Shown here: positions 60,269-64,000 of the stretch, piece by piece
Layout: every line of letters begins with the position of its first letter
How positions within the stretch are numbered: the stretch's first letter is position 1
Source of the DNA: a virus
Taxonomy: Duplodnaviria; Heunggongvirae; Uroviricota; Caudoviricetes
IMG/VR virus record: IMGVR_UViG_2718218133_000001
DNA length: 64,000 nt
Strand: one strand, 5' to 3'
Translations under genes and position numbers: made by a program
The notes under the pieces: model-generated
Database searches by the model: none
Seen by the model: only the letters and a program-made list of their open reading frames with translations
Told to the model about the DNA's origin: nothing

Positions 60269-63200
60269 TCAACTCTCGCGTAGTCATTCATCAACGGATC
60301 ATCAATTGACAGTGGTACCGTGCGCATAACGCCCGGCTGAGGCGTGCTGACCTTTACGACAGTTCCCTGGCCTTTCGCCGAGTCTTTGGTGTGCTCTTCA
60401 ATCCTGGCAAGCAATGAGGTCATCTGCGCAAACAGCCGCTTCGTTTCACCATCAAGTGAAACGGTATTATCAGCCAACTGCATTGTCGGCTTGGCACCGG
60501 AACCGCCAAGGTCACTAATAACCTGCCCGTCTATCTGCATACGACCGGTTGGTTGCTGCAAATCGTTGGCGACAGTCGTCATCTGGGACGTGGAAGCTGG
60601 TTGAGGAGAATTATTTGAGCGCATTCCCCGGGCATTAATGAGTTTGTCATACAGTCCATCAATCCCCATTTGTGCGCCGAGCTGGTCAAAGTAACTTGAG
60701 TTGTTGGCCACCGGACGTGCCTCTTCAACTGGCATAGGTGTATCAACATACACATTGCCAGCTGCCGTTGCGGTTCCCCTTCCTCGTGCACGTTCTTCGA
60801 GGGTTCCCTGGACGACTTCCCGACGCATCCCCCGGCCATTCATGAATTTGTTGACCAGATCGTTAACGCCAACAGCATTGCCGATTTTGTCTACCAGACC
60901 GCCTTTCTCAAACGGGCTATCACCAGGGGTAAACGCCAGACCAGTAGACTGATCGATAACAGCGTTATCAGGCAGTGGTCCCCTCACTCCATATTGCGCC
61001 CCACCCTGTGCTCCTGCCCCAGGTGTATAGATTTCACCACCTAAATAGCGAGCACGATGAGTATTGACCTTGATCGCGTACTCACGGTTTTCTTTCGATA
61101 AGTCACCTGTGCCTTTTTTCCACTTATTGATAGTGCCAAACCCTGCGTTATATGCAGTGATGGCCTCGTTTAAGTCTCCATTGGCTTGCTTCAGATACTT
61201 GCTCATGAGAAGAGCCGCAGCTTCTGCCGATTTCACAGGATCAAATGCATCCTGTTCCGATATCCCTGTCTCTTTACGAGCAATACTCGTGAACTGGAAC
61301 ATCCCGAGTGCGCCACCACTTAACTTTCCATCTGGTGATCTTGTAAGCGGAGACTTTGCGTTAGGATCCCCTCCTGATTCAGTTGCAGCAATCGCGTAAA
61401 GAGTGCCTTCTGGAAGACCATATTTATTCTCTAGTTCAGCAAAATATGGAGCCAACTTATCGAGATTTGCCTTACCTTCAGCGCCAAGACTTCCTACTTT
61501 TACATCCAAGTTGCCATTGTTGTAGGTATCCGCAGCTTTCTGAATATCATTCCTGGTTCCAGTAGTATTACGCGACGATGATGACGAGCTATTTTGACCA
61601 ATAGCTTTATCAATTTTCTGCAACGCGCTATTGCCCGTTTCTACAGCATTTGCATTGATTATCTGATTGGCAGTTTCTTTAACTGTTTTATTGCTATCTT
61701 TCGCCGTATCTAGAGATGCATTTACAACACGAGTGACAATATTAGCCTTTTTAGAGGTATATTCAGTCTTAGGAGCATTGTCCTCCTGACGTTCTTTAGC
61801 AGGTGTTTTTAATTCAGGTGTAACCTCTTTCGCATCCGCTTTATTGACTAGCTTTGATGCAACCCAGGCCACTGGGGTGCTCTGAACAGCGGCATCTGCA
61901 ACCTCACCTGAAAGCTCTTTTGCGGCACTCCATAGATTACTGCCAGCTTCTTTAATGTATTTCCCTGGGTTCTTAATGAAATCAATTGCACTATCAATTG
62001 CATCACTGAAAACCTTTTTCAGGTTATCGACAGTAAAGAAGTCTTTGATGGCGTCTAATTTTTCGTTCAGACTCTTGGTTGTGTCACTGAACCAGGCTGA
62101 AATAGCATCGCCAATCTTGGCTGTGTAATCGTTGAATGTTGTGGATATGGTGTCACCAAGGTTAGAAATATATGTTTCTAAATTGGTAATCCCACTATCA
62201 ATGGCCTGGGCAATACTTTCCGTCGAAAATGATTGCAACATATTGCCGATATCCTCAAATCCAAGTGATTTGAGAACGCCACCAATGGCATTGCTAATAC
62301 CAGATACCAGTCCTCCCATATCGAGAACGTTAGCCAGTGTATAAGCCGCTTTTTGCTGAAAAGATGGATCTTCCCCATCCTTAAGCCCAAAGGTCCGACG
62401 TTGTGCTTCTGTATCATTCCAACCGGTTACCGCATCATAGATACCTCCAGCCACCGTGCCGACTAGCGGAATTGCGCGTAAAGCCCCCTTTGCAAAAGCC
62501 TTAACACCTAGTTTCTCCAATCCCTTAGTTGCAAGTTTTCCGGCACCGCGAGTAGCCAATTCGCCAGCTTCTTTGGCAGCAGCTTTTTTCCCACCAAAGC
62601 CCAATAAGCTTGCAACTTTTTTTATACCTAAAGCGCCTAGTGCCATCGAGCCAACTTTCTTTAGTGCCCCACGGCCAAAAATAAGGGAAGCAATACCACC
62701 GGCCCCCTTCCCTAACAGGCTAAATAATTTGGACAGCAAGCCGCCCTTCTTTTTCCCGGTGTTTTTGGCTATCTGATCAAGGGCGCTGAGAATCTTGTCA
62801 TTGCCCTCTTTAATTTCGCTGGTCTGATCCTGAAGTTCCTGAACCGTCCGTTTTTGGGTGTTAACCTGAACGACATCGGCACTATTTTGCGATTTACGCC
62901 TAAAAAAACCTTTTCTACGGCTGTTATCGTCATTGCCACGAATCACATCGGCAATAGACTTTCTGGCGCCATTAAGCGATCCACCAACTTCTTTTGATAT
63001 CCCGCCAAGCTCCTTCCCTGCTGCCCACAATGGACCAGCAACGGCATAACCTAACGCATCGACGGCACGAGTCTCTGAAGGGTTACCTATGCCTTCAGCT
63101 ACTTTTGACAGTTTTTTTAATAAACCTGATTCAGCATTTAGACGCTCATCATCCTCTTTGCGCCTGGCCTTTTCAGCACGTTCAGCACGGGCATCTTCCG

Positions 63201-63990
63201 CTGCGGCCTTACTCCCTGACTTTCCAATAAAACGACCACGCGCATCGCGTTGGTTTTGGCTTTTTTGCGCACCGCCTTTTTGATCGAACATTTCGCGAGC
63301 GTGTTCGGCTGCTTCGGTCCGTTGTGCCTTTATATCCTCTGATATAGCCTTCCTGCGTCTTTTTTTACCCTTTGGTGTAGTTGATTTGGCCTGCTGTTCC
63401 TGTTGAGCAATGCCCTCCTGAACTACACGAGAAACGTCCCCTAAATTAAGCCGTTTCATTGCGTCAACAATAGGGTCTACTGATGGCGCATTGGCCACAA
63501 AGTCTGGCCGGGAATTTTCGATTGTTCGATTTAATGCCGACACACTGCGAGATACTGGGTCAACCGTTGCAACGCGTTCCCCTTTCAAATCACGAGCGAG
63601 TTTGACCGTTTCTAACCGCTGTGCTTTAACATCCTCTGTTATTGCCTCTCTTCGTCTATTTGGGGGATTGTGCGCTGTTGGTGCAGCCTGCTGTTCACGG
63701 TTAGTGACTTTGTCCTCCCGTATACGAGAAGCGTCCCCTAAATTAAGCCGTTTCATTGCGTCAACAATAGAGTCCACTGATGGCACATTGGTCACAAAGT
63801 CAGGACGTGAATTTTCGATTGTGCGATTTAATGCCGACACACTGCGAGAGACAGGATCAACAGTTGCAACTCGTTCCCCTTTCAAATCTTCAACAGCTTC
63901 CCGAATACCTGCAAGCTCTTCCAGCTCTTTCGCGCTGGCGGTTTCAACTGTCCTTATAACATCGTCAATATTGGCGTTTTTTCTTTCCAT
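60265..63990 (-). CDS. sit: Sit-like tape-measure/injection protein with C-terminal lytic transglycosylase domain
   Basis: 1241 aa; Gly/Ala-rich segments; SLT motifs AIAATESGG..GMFQF..AYNAG; duplicated 55-aa motif near the N-terminus. Confidence 0.8.
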   Translation of the reverse strand: MERKNANIDDVIRTVETASAKELEELAGIREAVEDLKGERVATVDPVSRSVSALNRTIENSRPDFVTNVPSVDSIVDAMKRLNLGDASRIREDKVTNREQQAAPTAHNPPNRRREAITEDVKAQRLETVKLARDLKGERVATVDPVSRSVSALNRTIENSRPDFVANAPSVDPIVDAMKRLNLGDVSRVVQEGIAQQEQQAKSTTPKGKKRRRKAISEDIKAQRTEAAEHAREMFDQKGGAQKSQNQRDARGRFIGKSGSKAAAEDARAERAEKARRKEDDERLNAESGLLKKLSKVAEGIGNPSETRAVDALGYAVAGPLWAAGKELGGISKEVGGSLNGARKSIADVIRGNDDNSRRKGFFRRKSQNSADVVQVNTQKRTVQELQDQTSEIKEGNDKILSALDQIAKNTGKKKGGLLSKLFSLLGKGAGGIASLIFGRGALKKVGSMALGALGIKKVASLLGFGGKKAAAKEAGELATRGAGKLATKGLEKLGVKAFAKGALRAIPLVGTVAGGIYDAVTGWNDTEAQRRTFGLKDGEDPSFQQKAAYTLANVLDMGGLVSGISNAIGGVLKSLGFEDIGNMLQSFSTESIAQAIDSGITNLETYISNLGDTISTTFNDYTAKIGDAISAWFSDTTKSLNEKLDAIKDFFTVDNLKKVFSDAIDSAIDFIKNPGKYIKEAGSNLWSAAKELSGEVADAAVQSTPVAWVASKLVNKADAKEVTPELKTPAKERQEDNAPKTEYTSKKANIVTRVVNASLDTAKDSNKTVKETANQIINANAVETGNSALQKIDKAIGQNSSSSSSRNTTGTRNDIQKAADTYNNGNLDVKVGSLGAEGKANLDKLAPYFAELENKYGLPEGTLYAIAATESGGDPNAKSPLTRSPDGKLSGGALGMFQFTSIARKETGISEQDAFDPVKSAEAAALLMSKYLKQANGDLNEAITAYNAGFGTINKWKKGTGDLSKENREYAIKVNTHRARYLGGEIYTPGAGAQGGAQYGVRGPLPDNAVIDQSTGLAFTPGDSPFEKGGLVDKIGNAVGVNDLVNKFMNGRGMRREVVQGTLEERARGRGTATAAGNVYVDTPMPVEEARPVANNSSYFDQLGAQMGIDGLYDKLINARGMRSNNSPQPASTSQMTTVANDLQQPTGRMQIDGQVISDLGGSGAKPTMQLADNTVSLDGETKRLFAQMTSLLARIEEHTKDSAKGQGTVVKVSTPQPGVMRTVPLSIDDPLMNDYARVD
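63430..63890. repeat. about 155-bp imperfect direct duplication inside sit
   Basis: Copies at about 63436-63590 and 63732-63886 (about 90% identical), encoding DLKGERVATVDPVSRSVSALNRTIENSRPDF. Confidence 0.6.
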
Positions 63991-64000
63991 GATCTTATCG

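Overview
The window reads as a near-contiguous ~64 kb stretch of a P1-family (P1/p15B-like) temperate plasmid-prophage of Enterobacteriaceae. All calls come from reading the sequence and the supplied ORF track against remembered protein families and P1 gene order; no database search was run, and motif coordinates counted by hand may be off by 1-2 bp. Landmarks recognised directly: phd-doc addiction module, humD behind a LexA box, pacA with its seven-hexamer pac site, pacB, c1 and coi, loxP (perfect 34 bp) and cre, ref, darB (2255 aa), SAR-type lysozyme, ssb, and a cin/min-type invertase next to an invertible tail-fibre region, then S, U, baseplate genes and sit. C1-operator-like 17-mers (ATTGCTCTAATAAATTT type) sit in front of many operons. 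Departures from the P1 layout as I remember it are the main interest: (1) the slot between ref and darB, where P1 carries the type III R-M genes res/mod, instead holds an AT-rich stand-alone SIR2-like gene, the best candidate for a new defence cargo; (2) an IS200/IS605-type tnpB lies between the portal and protease genes; (3) the tail-fibre region is a six-site, multi-cassette shufflon whose constant part is currently joined to a frameshifted cassette; (4) a stop-codon-riddled cin remnant faces the intact invertase; (5) the S gene carries about five near-identical 300-bp tandem repeats. The left 15 kb is mostly hypothetical accessory genes. No rRNA, tRNA or CRISPR array was seen.
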